Part shown: piece after piece, positions 34,813-45,800 of the stretch
How positions within the stretch are numbered: position 1 is the stretch's first letter
Layout of the letters: each line of letters opens with the position of its first letter
Assembly: GCA_030704615.1 (NCBI GenBank)
Contig: CM060732.1
Span: 35,030,001 to 35,094,000 of the forward strand
Length of the DNA: 64,000 nt
Direction: 5' to 3'
DNA from: Takakia lepidozioides
Taxonomy: Eukaryota > Plantae > Bryophyta
Position numbers and translations under genes: made by a program
The notes under the pieces: generated by a model
Seen by the model: the letters and a program-made list of their open reading frames with translations, nothing else
What the model was told of the DNA's origin: nothing
Database searches by the model: none

Positions 34813-35466
34813 TCATTTGGAGGTTGTAAGTGCAGGGGATGAACGGATGGGAGTGTCAAGACCCGCGCCGGTATGAAGTTGGTTGTTGTTCCGGCTATGG
34901 GATGCCGACCGCAACCGGCAGCACGTCTTATGCCTTTTGTGATGCGTGCGACAATATTTGTTGCGCCGATGTCGTCTATGATGGGTCTTACAATACGATG
35001 ATTTACGCTCGCGTGTTTTTTTAGTGCGACGACGACTCCTCCGTCTTCTTCTTCTCCTCTTTCGTTGTTGTCGACGATGACGTCGCTTGCGGTGGGACCG
35101 ACGACGACGTCGTCGACGTCGGTGGCTCCGACGACGACGGCGACGACGTCTTGAATGTGAGCGGCGGCGCCGGTGTCGTCTGTGGTGACGAGAAAGTGAA
35201 GATCCAAAATCGTCGGGGTCCTTTACGGAGGTCTTGTACATGTTTCCCGTCTTCTTAATTCTTCCCGTCTTCGAGAGATGCTTGAGAGCGGATGCAAGAA
35301 GCTTTTTGTTGGTGACGTCGAGCTTTTCTCCGTAGTTCTGTTCGAGGTCCTTGCGGATTTGGGTCAAGCTCGCTCCTTTACGCTGCTTAAGATGCACCAT
35401 GGCTTGCTGCAGCATGCTGAAATATGTGGGGTGCAATGGTTTCTTTGAGCTTGTAGTTTTCGTCAT
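34813..35466 (-). CDS. Protamine-like sperm nuclear basic protein 2, 217 aa, intronless paralogue
   Basis: H1 winged-helix nearly identical in protein to 13018-13710 despite many synonymous changes. Poly-Arg tail and the same C-terminus SPALTTSK. Confidence 0.9.
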   Translation of the reverse strand: MTKTTSSKKPLHPTYFSMLQQAMVHLKQRKGASLTQIRKDLEQNYGEKLDVTNKKLLASALKHLSKTGRIKKTGNMYKTSVKDPDDFGSSLSRHHRRHRRRRSHSRRRRRRRRSHRRRRRRRRSHRKRRHRRQQRKRRRRRRRSRRRTKKTRERKSSYCKTHHRRHRRNKYCRTHHKRHKTCCRLRSASHSRNNNQLHTGAGLDTPIRSSPALTTSK

Positions 35467-35627
35467 GGTTGTGCAATGTTCCTACCCGAAAACACAATCG
35501 GTTTAGAGAATAATGGAAGGAATAGAGGCCGCCAGTTTCTAAAAGAGAGAAAAAATGGGACCAAGAGAAGTTGCCTAAGGGAAGAGGGTGAGAGGGAGTG
35601 TGAGAAAGAGGAGAGGTAAATCGAAGG

Positions 35628-35661
35628 TAGATATAGGAAGGGGGATCAACGTTCTGATTGG
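35628..35661 (-). promoter_or_regulatory. Core promoter of protamine-like gene 2 (CCAAT at 35657-35661, TATA-like CCTATATCTA at 35628-35637)
   Basis: Conserved with the paralogue promoter. Confidence 0.5.
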
Positions 35662-35803
35662 GCGTTCTCAAGCCTGTAGGGATAGCTGATGTCTGATTCG
35701 TGCAGCCATTGTCACACGGATCGACTACTGCCCCCTTTCATCTCCTAACAAAACGGTTTTGCCCAAGCAACACGACCCTTCAGTTGCAGTGGTCACGACC
35801 TTT

Positions 35804-36140
35804 GCACCAAAGGTCGTGACCTTTACCTTGAGCTTGTCGATCCAAAGGGTGTAGATATAACCAATAGAGGCACGGATTCATTCTAAAGTGCAATTGAGCT
35901 TCAGCCGGTCCATGTAAGGAATTAAATGGGTATGATCGACAATTGCAGCGTCGGTGCTCCAGACATTCGCACCAAAGGTCGTGACCTTTATCCTGAGCTT
36001 GTCGATCCAAAGGGCGTGATACAACCAACAGAGGCACGGGTCCATTCTGAAGTGTGATTAAGCTTCAGCCGGTCCATGTAAGGAAAATGGGTATGATTGA
36101 CACCTGCAGCGCTCTTCTCGTCGGTGCTCCAGACATTCGC
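35804..36140. repeat. ~165-bp tandem duplication upstream of protamine-like gene 2
   Basis: GCACCAAAGGTCGTGACCTTTA...CGTCGGTGCTCCAGACATTCGC occurs twice. Confidence 0.9.
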
Positions 36141-37399
36141 GAATGCAGGTGAATCAAAAGCTGTGTAGTCCGTGCAAAGAGACATAGTATGGATACCTAG
36201 TGGCATCCTTAACATGGTTAGGCTTGAACATAATCTCTAGTCCATACCATATTTGTAGTTGGGATTATTTTCATGAACTCTCACTGCCACATTACATTAC
36301 GCGAGATAAAAACAGTAGATGAATTTCACGACGTAGACATCATATCTTTAAGCATTTCCCCTGCTTATAGGCGAGAGGTTGTAATTTGAATCGCAGTCTA
36401 CGGAGAAGACAACACTTTCTCATCGAGAGGCTCATTATCAGCATCTGAATAGATGTTTACCTTAAAAAATTTCTTTTGGCTTAGGATCTTCTTATCTGGG
36501 CGGCTTGCCACAAACACTAGGACATCTGAGATTCGAGTAATCTTCTTTAAAAATGCCTTTGTTTCATTACAATGCTGAATCGCATGGAAGCCAACTTTTG
36601 TGACTATCATACTAACATGCAGTCTTCACGGACACTGAAATACAGGAAAAACGGGTTGTCCAAGTTTTGATGGACTAGATAGTTTCACAAGGGTATGATT
36701 TGGAATTGCTGTTGACGTACTGCTTGATGACAGTGTCTTATCTTTCGGTTCCGCTTACTTAGTCGTTCATGGTTTTTTTTTGGGCAAACGTGTTTGGGTG
36801 AAGTGAGAGAGTGACATGGCTTTGTCATATTGCCAAGGTGTCCAAATTCTCCACCATGCACGTCATTCTGCACTGCATGCTTTACAGTTTGTACATCCCA
36901 CTGTTTTGTGCTTCGATTTTCTTGGGCAAGGAGTGATGCAAAATGACTTTTCCATCAGGATGCTTACCCATCAGAATAGATGAAACAGTAGATTGGTCAG
37001 CCATACCTTACAACAAATCGTAAGTTACACGAGGGCCATGCCATAATATTTAGATAAATTTAATTTCTTTAATGCCACGAGCAAAGATAAATCATGGTAA
37101 TGGAAACGTTGAATCTGTGTTAGGAAAATGGTAAATAGGAAGATGATCAGGTAATTTAAATGCAATGTATATGGATTTATGGTCTGTCCAATATGCTTCT
37201 GTGCATATTGATTGACAACCATTAACAATTTGCATTGGTCCATATGTGGTCTAATTGATAATCATAATTTGTTGTACTATTGGAAAAACTAAGTTTGACA
37301 AGATTATAGCGTTTCATATAATCTTGGAATAACCGATTTATCAACTTGATTTTTTTTTTATTCTAAACGATTTAACAAATACAAATTTTCTTTTGTGCG

Positions 37400-37725
37400 A
37401 ATCCTAGACAATGCGTATAGTGGTCATTTAAGATAATCAGATATCCAATATATTGCAGTGAAATCCCCCCACAAACCTCCTGAAGTAGCACTTAGCGACA
37501 TTTTCACGACATAATCATTCTCATTACAAGCGGCACCATTGTGTAAATCAAAGGAAAATTTGAGGTTCAATTCATTGAGTCGACATTGTTGAGCTTTAGG
37601 TGTATTTAATATTAGACATTGGTTTAAATATTGCATGCTATTTTGTCTTATTGATAATGAAGATTGTGCATATCCTAACAAATGTGAAATCGAATAAAAA
37701 AGACAATCATCAACGATATAGGGAT
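37400..37725 (-). pseudogene. OTU-like cysteine protease fragment (likely TE-borne)
   Basis: VDDCLFYSISHLL (catalytic Cys loop-like) ... YVVKMS...WGDFTAIYWISDYL. AT-rich with stops. Confidence 0.5.
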
Positions 37726-38826
37726 ATGAAGAATTACGTCGTAAATGCAGTTTTTTAAGAGCTATATATATATTAATTCATTATTAAATGCTCCCATTTA
37801 ATTAAGAAAGTTTTGTTAAATTAATATTACATATTTGTAGTTTGAAATATAATGTTACAAACATAAAATTCTTTAATTAATATATTCAAAATCTAAATTA
37901 AATTCTTCAAGCCAAATTTCACCATAGTTTGTCACTAAAATATCATAAATTGATCCATCAAAATTGTCACAAAACTTGTCACCAAAAATTGTCACCAAAA
38001 ATTGTCACCAAAGTACTTTAGACAATATGAAGCCAAAGTCCATCTCATAAAAAGAGATGGTTATGTACTTCAAATTTCTAAATCTCTCACTTATTTCAAC
38101 ACTGCCTTCTCCTGGTGTCTCCAAATCTATAATTTTGAATCCCAGTACTTCTCCACTAATGCCGATATTGAATACCCCAAAGACCTTTGTATTTCTGAAT
38201 TTCCTGGTGTAAAAAGCCCTTTTATTACACAATTTTTACTATTATTTTTAATACAAAATAAAAAACCAATTAATTGAAAACATACATATTACCTCTCTTG
38301 TTAGGCTAAAGCTGCCTCCGTTTGTGAGCTTCTTGTGTACTCTGTGTTGTTGTGAGAATCCTTGTGGTTGTGCACACAACATTTTTGACAAGAGCGGTGG
38401 CAGGTTTCTCAGTTTTAAAGACAGTCACCAATTGCTGATAAATAGAATAGAATTCAGGGTAGAATGACAGAACTTGGCTATCTTGATCGCAACAGGAACT
38501 ACAAGCACACTAAAAAGAAAACAAAGAACCTATGTTCACCGAGCTTACTGCAACGGACCGAGTTCAACCAAGTTCACGAGCTCATCTCCACAAATGGTTT
38601 AAATGCGTAGATGATAGATGATAACAACACAACTTGGTAGAAGAATTAAGAAGCTGTCAACTTTCTCTTACATCCAACAATTTATCAAATACATCTATCT
38701 TCACGTGTTGGATATAACGGTTTTAGACCATGATATGGAAGGAAAGGTATTTACCCTCAATTGAACCCTTTTTTCTAGATTGATATTTGTGGGTGGATAT
38801 TTATGGGCCACAATGTATAGGCAGAG

Positions 38827-39385
38827 ATTCGAACCCACAACCTCCTAAAGTCTAAAATGAACTACCTATTTCAAATCCAAAAAACATTTTAGCTTTGGAT
38901 TGAACCCACAACTTCCTGAACTCTAGAATGAACTACCTATTTCAAATCCAAAAATCATTTTAGCTTAAGGTCTAAGCTACTTTTAGCCTTAAGATACTTG
39001 TAGACCCAAGCGAATGCAAAGACCTGCCTTTTGGGATTGAACCCACAACCTCTAATCTTAAGGTCCAAGCTATTTTTTGCCTTAAGATACTTGTAGACCC
39101 AAGCGAATGCAAAGACCTTGCTTTTGGGGATTGAACCCACAACCTCCTAAACTCTAAAATGAACTACCTCTTTCAAATCCAAAAGACCTTAAGGTCCAAG
39201 CTACTTTTAGTTACTTGTAGACCCAAGCAAATGCAAAGACCTTGCCTTTGGGGATTGAACCCACAACCTCATGAACTCTAAAATGAACTACCTATTTTAA
39301 TCCAAAAGGCCTTAAGGTCCAAGCTACTTTTAGCCTTTTGTCCTTAAGGTACTTGTAGACCCAAGTGAATTCGAAGACGTTGCCT
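38827..39385 (-). repeat. Complex tandem array of a B-box-containing tRNA-like unit (5 copies)
   Basis: GATT(C)GAACCCACAAC at about 38827, 38898, 39035, 39129 and 39253, interleaved with a CTTAAGGTCCAAGCTA...TACTTGTAGACCCAAG unit. Confidence 0.8.
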
Positions 39386-41708
39386 GAAGGCATGGCCAAC
39401 AAATCACTGTAGGTCCAAGGGGGAGTTAGTCACAAGCTGTCAGTTACGGGTAATAATGTTTCCGTCCGAGTTGGGCCGTTTACTGTAAACGGGTACCATC
39501 TCATGACTTGGTGTTCAGCTGCTTCTTTACAAAGCATTCCTGTCATTATAATCACTGGTCTGGGTTTTTCATTTCATTGACGAAATTCATGGGAATTTGT
39601 CGCAAAGGTCGATGCTAAGCATCCAAACATGCAGTCTTACGGAATTCAGTTTTCTGTCTAGCACTCTGCTTTGTTTGACATTGAGAGCCCTTATGTGCTC
39701 TCTGGTCGATATGAAGTTGGGTAAATTTAGACGGGCTGCAGATAGAATGGGCCAAGCCCTCCGGCCAAGCCCAGTGATTGAGCTGTCTGCAAACGTGATA
39801 CTGACGAGCCACCTGAAAGTTCAGTTGATGTGGTGTGATGTGGCAGGGTAGACCACCCCACCAGATGTACCAGATGATCTTCAAACATTTAGAGGCCACC
39901 ACACTTCAATGTAGAAATTGTGGCATTTTATACACATCTAAGAACGGATTGTCATCTACGAAATGAGGATAAACATTCCAGACGCTACTTGCCGACTGCC
40001 ACATTCGACAGCTACCATCGTTCTCGAGGCAGTCGTAAACGTTTGAGAAGAGTTAGTCAAGAAATCAACGACGGCTTGCAATTGATTAGCATCTAGTCAA
40101 ATGTCAGACGTGGTCACCCCATGTTGTTCTCCATACCAATACAAGTTTCCAAACTAATTGCTGCGAAGGGGTCTTATTCCTCTGTTGGATTCACAAGAGT
40201 GTACGCGGCATCTAAGTGTGCGCCAATGACGGTACACCCAGTTCGTGTTGGTGAGGGTAGAATATGTCCGGCAGCCTTCAGACTTAAGACTGCCTCGACT
40301 GACCGTGAAGATTGTAACTTATATCGCTGCAATTTCCAACTGTACGTGAATTCTACAATCTAATCATCTTGTCATGCCTGGAAAGGATTTCGTTACTCGG
40401 GGAAAATTGTTACTCGAAATTTCCAGGATTTCATTCCTCAGTGCAATTTACTATTCGAAGTAAGTTATTCACCTAATTTCACTTCATGCTTTGCAGCTTA
40501 TAGCTTTGCCTTATTCGTAGGAAAGAAAGTCTACGATAGGTTCTCCTCCAGAGGGCAAAGCTCCTAGATCCTGCAGCCGTAAGCACCAGATAAGACCATA
40601 AATTCCCTACACACTGTATCTGCACCAACAAGTCAGACAATTAGGCCTCGGTGAAGATATCGCACTCCAAAACTGATCACATTGAACTTTAAACTTTCGT
40701 CTCTTCTGCATAAACATCTTTTGTACCACCAATGAGTGCCCATCCATGCATCATGAGACAAGCGGTTAGCAAAATAAAGCGCCTTACAGATTGGAATGAT
40801 CTGATAGAGAAATGTATAGTGACTAGGACGCAAATGTGCCAATACTGCATCAGTAGGAGACATGCGTTGTTCGGCCTTGCCTCTCCCGTTGTAGAGGACA
40901 TGCCAAGACCAGAATAACACCATGGATAACGACTAAGCACAGCGCTTCATACACAAGCTTTCTCCTGAGAACATTGTACATTCTTTAATCATGTGATCTC
41001 AAAGCCAGCCAATGACCCATTCAAAATTGGCGGCCATAGCTGGAAGTGTTATGAGCTCAGATCCACTAACTTTGGGTCCCTAGTTCTCAATGTCAACAGA
41101 CACAAGCCTACTTGACAAAATTCATTTCTCCCGAGAGTGCTCGCATCTGAGGTCTGTCCAGACAAGGTCTGTTTGCCAGCCCGGAGGGGTTTTTGACAAC
41201 AACAAGAAGCAGTTTCAGAAAACAACGTCGAGTGCACGTCAACAATCCCTGTTAAACGGCAAAACGAGGCCAGACCCAAAACTGTTGGCAGGGTTCAGGC
41301 AGATCCCCCTCTTCCTCTATGGTACCTGATCACCTCTCGATCAACTTCGCACTCAGCAAGTGTAATACAAAGTTGGTCTAGGTTTTCATCAACATTTCCA
41401 ACCCAGATAGCGCAGACATTCCGGCATTTTGTCCAGTTTCTGAAAAAAATCCCGACCCTGTCTGCAGCAGCAGACGGATGAAGACAGGAGAGGTTAGCAA
41501 GGCACCATCTTTTGGATCTAGAAGACCCTTGAACTCCAAAGCGATTGCAGAGAGAAAATGAGCTGACCGCTGATCTTGCGAATCCGGAAGACGACAATAA
41601 GAAAGATGTCGTTTTCACCATCAGTATGCTACCAACCAATCCATGGTAATCTTCCGCAGCTTCATCACCCCTAGAGATACCAACACTGTTGGTATCTCAA
41701 GTCAATTG

Positions 41709-42872
41709 TCAAGAGGGCTCAGAGGCACGAGGGGATGTGAGAGGAAAGAGAGTCAATAGTTCCGGCTGGGGCCGCGGACGCTCGAAAGTTGGAGAAGGGT
41801 GCAAGAAGAAGTGTGCATCCTTCTCTCTCCTCTCGTCAAAATCACGGGGACTGGGTTTCAAGCCTGTGTATCCCTCATACGTGGTGGGCGTAGTAGGGGC
41901 ATATGGGTTCTCGAACACATCCAACGGGGTAACAGGACTCGGCACCAGAGCTGGAAACTTCAGGTGTTTTGGGGACAAGCCCTCTCCTGAAGTAGGGGAA
42001 GCTAAGCCGCCGTACCCAGCATTCCCTCGTCTAAACGCCGCAGCTGGCCCCAGCCCCTTCACCTCGAGCTTCCGTAGATTGGACTGCCTTCTCTCATGCA
42101 GCTTGAACGAAGACCGGCGTGCACCCAGGTCCCCCACAGGCTTGGGGATCATGCCCCCGAAAGTGTTGTCCACAAGCTTGTGCGGTCCAGAACTCTCAAG
42201 ACTTCTGGATGCTTGCCTTGACGGTAAAGTGATAGGCAATTTTTCCCCATCAGTATCCGACGCACCTGTAAGCTTCTGCACCAACTCCCGGAAGCTGGAG
42301 GTATCCACTTGGACAAACGTAGTTGTTGACGTAAAATGCTGCTCCTTTTCTCTGTCGTGATGACTTGCCACATTTGGTATAGACCCGGGTCCTACACCAG
42401 AAGGGCTTTGAGGCTGCATCCTGGAAGAGGATGGAGACGACAATGACGGAGACACATTTGCAAAGCCCCCACCTCCAGCACCAGCTTTCTTCATCACCGC
42501 TGCGTTCACACAACTGGGACTCCGAATGGATTTGTCACGGGACCGTAAATCCCCCTTCTTACAATCCTCACTCGTGGAAGACGCTGCGTCACTGCCAATG
42601 CTTTCAACACAAGGAATAACCTGAGCTTGTGAACCACTAACGCTTGGAGGGGTTGGAGGGCGAAAGAAATAATCAAAACTGGGGCCTTGCTGCCGTATCT
42701 TGAAGTGAGGCTGGGAGGTACCTTCGCTATGGAAGGCGACGGGAATTAACTTTTGAGGTGCAGTAGACACCGGCTGATGCGAGAAGCCTAAGAGCTGCAG
42801 TACTGCATACGTCTGGCCATTACGGTCGGGAAGCGCAATGGGGACACAAACTCGAGGACCATCACTCTCCAT
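41709..42872 (-). CDS. VQ motif-containing protein (VQ4/MVQ-like), 387 aa, intronless CDS
   Basis: TTFVQVDTSSFRELVQKLTG (FxxxVQxLTG), FKLHERR, LVPSPVTPL, FFLHPSP and PELLTLFPLTSPR blocks typical of the MPK-substrate VQ subgroup. Confidence 0.93.
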   Translation of the reverse strand: MESDGPRVCVPIALPDRNGQTYAVLQLLGFSHQPVSTAPQKLIPVAFHSEGTSQPHFKIRQQGPSFDYFFRPPTPPSVSGSQAQVIPCVESIGSDAASSTSEDCKKGDLRSRDKSIRSPSCVNAAVMKKAGAGGGGFANVSPSLSSPSSSRMQPQSPSGVGPGSIPNVASHHDREKEQHFTSTTTFVQVDTSSFRELVQKLTGASDTDGEKLPITLPSRQASRSLESSGPHKLVDNTFGGMIPKPVGDLGARRSSFKLHERRQSNLRKLEVKGLGPAAAFRRGNAGYGGLASPTSGEGLSPKHLKFPALVPSPVTPLDVFENPYAPTTPTTYEGYTGLKPSPRDFDERREKDAHFFLHPSPTFERPRPQPELLTLFPLTSPRASEPS

Positions 42873-45800
42873 ACTGGTATTGCATGTCTCTTTGGTTCCC
42901 CTACTTGTCTCCAGTGTCTGTCTCCTCTTCCCCTCGAGCTCCAGAGTCCGTTTCTTAGCAGGATCTGATCACTAACACAGAGGCAACTCTATGCTGAAGC
43001 CAATGGCATAGACCAATTTCCTACCTCTGTCGACATCCCCTGTATGGTCAAGAATCGATGACTGTCACCGTTCCAGTTCGTGGCTTGTCTATCTCTGCAA
43101 ACCTGCTCCTCCGCTCACTCCGCTCCTTACAAGACGCCTTTCCGTGCTTGTGTCAGAACTGCAAGTATGCAGCTGCCGGCACTGAACCCGCAATCAGTTA
43201 GTTGCGCCGAAGGTGACCACGGTATAGGAAGCAGCAAGGAGCCCAATGCAGTATGAAGCAACACTTAGAAAGCCCACTACAACAAACCCACAGAGACGTT
43301 CGATACAAAGAGAGACGCGACAGAAGATGAGACAACGAATCCCACCAGCACAAACTAACAGCACCCAGTTGACTAGTGAGGGCAGACGCAGAGGGAGCAG
43401 GGACAAAAAACCGACTTCAGTGACTAGAGTCCAGCCTGCAAGGAAATGTATCCCAGTGGGGAAGACAGAAGAAACAGAAACCACGAGCACAGAAAGAACG
43501 AGTCCACAATCTAACACACGTACAGCGTTCGAAATGAGAAAAAAACGGAAGCAAGAGACCAAAACAACAAGACACAAGCTCTACTGGTCAACAAAGAATG
43601 CGCAGTGGAATGTGCAGGTATGGATTACAACAGCAAAATGCAAGCACCATCCAGCATGAGACTAAAAGCTACAAGAGTGAACAGAGAGCAGCCCCACGAG
43701 GGAGCAGCGCAACGTGATGAGAGATCGCAATGGCAGCGCGTGGGCTTAAGACAGGGAGTGTGAGAGTAGAAAACGGCCCGGCGGGTCTCTCGGAAAACGG
43801 ACGGGAACCTCGCCAGCGCGTTTAATCATCTTCCGGTCATTATACCGGCAGGCCCTAAAACCGTTAGCGAGACAATCAGCGACCCTAATTTAGAGTTTCC
43901 TCTCACCCCCGCCGACTTTCGTCGCCCCGCTTACTTTCTCTCTTACTCGGCCTGACTTTGAGCAGCCTTTGTCCTGTGAGCCATGGAGTCGACGGCATTA
44001 CTGTGTGTATTATATGGTGGAAAATGCCGATTCGAAGGTTGCAAGAGGTCAACACTGACTGCAGAGTCTACACAGTTTCAAATTTCAACGGGCCCACACA
44101 AAATGGAAACAACAGCCTTGACCATTTCCGTCTCAAGTCTCAAGTCCGCCGAGTGCGCACTATTTTACTGTTGGTTGGGAGGCCCCACATGGCCGCTGCA
44201 GACTACGTATATGTCTCTTGTCCCTTTGTGAATGCAAGTCTCCTCATGCTCAGAGGGGAATCGATGTCGGAGGAAGAATTTGGGGATGAATTTTATGGGT
44301 GTTGGACAAACTTGCTAACAGTGTTGCGTAAGTATGACTTAGGATGCCTCTGGAAGCAGCTGCCTCTGTTGAATGGCAAGGACACGCCACACGGCGTGCT
44401 CTTCCCCCGAATTCAACACATCACGGCCGGGCAAGCAGTGCTGCTTAGTTCTGATCCATGAATTTGGTTGGTTGTTGCCAGGATGGACCATATGGGTTCT
44501 GTCAGCTCTTTGAGTGTTGCTCCTTATTAGTCTTCCTCTGTTGGCTTGGCTTGCCAGTGCTGTCCTCTTCCTGTTGGTTGCTTGGGTGAGTCTCCTCTTG
44601 TGGAAGAGAAAGAAAAAGGAAGTTAAATATCAAACTGAAAACATATGTCATGGTTGGGTACTATGCGAAAGAAGTCACCGTTCATTTTGTTTCGCCCACG
44701 AAATTGTGGGATAATGATCTCAGAAGTTTTTATAAATAAGATAAGATTAAAATGGGTTGAAGGCTATTATGAAAGGCCCGAGATTCATGGCCCCGAATCT
44801 GGGTGGCCAGTTTAGTTATCATGTTATGGCCCCTTCCGTTGGAATTGCTGTGAGTTAACTTAGAACTTCACTAAGCTCTTACTACTACTACTCGGTTAGC
44901 TTAGGAGGTTTTTTTTTTAAGTGTTTGTCACCTATACTGGTTGCTGAAGCAGAGACCCAAATAGAGGGTTGGGCACTTTTTGCAAATTAGTCTCCAGGGA
45001 AGCTGCTAAGTACTGGACTTATCCCTGAGAAGCTCGGAGGTACGGGCCATGTGGAGTGGAGGTTTGCACTGTGAAGGACAAACTAGTGGGAAGATGAGAG
45101 CCAAATGTTATGCCAATGTTATTACTAGTAATGATGCTGGTTTGACATTTTGCTGTTATGGGCTTTTATGTATCATGCTTTTCAGCTGCCTCTTGGGCCC
45201 TTATAGCCAAGAGCAAGAGGGTGAGGGCATGACTCGTCATGATATACTGCTTTGACATTTTAGAGATGATAATTGCCTTCCAAGGAAAGAATACGTTGTG
45301 TGAGTAACAGCAGAGTGGAGTACCGGTGAAGGTAATGGAGGGAGCATCATTGACATTGCAGAAAATAGTGACCTAAGTTCTGGCCATGATGGGGGCCACA
45401 GGACCAGAGCATGATGACGCCAAGTCTCAAGGCTGCAGAGGAAAGCAGGCGCAAGGCGAAGGAACGCAGGAAGCAGGTGGAAGTCATCATCCTCATGTCG
45501 GTGCTCGCACTGCTCCCACCATGGATTTGGGGAAGACGACGACCTCCACACCCACCCGGTCTACTTACAGGCAGAGGACTCCAGCTTGGGTGACTAGCAA
45601 TTCTCGCCGGAGCAGCAGGTCTGCTGAGTGGTGGTCACAGGTCACCACCCTGCAACCAAGGACAAAAGGCTAGGAAACAACACTTCCACTCCCATAGGAG
45701 GTGGGAATGGTTCATGAAATTCAGTAAAAGTCACAAAAATCCATGAAATGCAGGGCCATCTCCCACTTCTTCCATTAAAAATCTGGTATTTGTTCCATCC

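Noticed and set aside
41689-42360. 223-aa plus-strand ORF
   Set aside because: Antisense shadow of the VQ gene.
43194-43659. ORFs upstream of the VQ gene
   Set aside because: Low-complexity CT-rich 5'UTR/intron sequence; no recognisable protein.
45386-45673. Possible Harbinger N-terminal WV..RS..WW motif
   Set aside because: Single weak motif with no downstream DDE segment.
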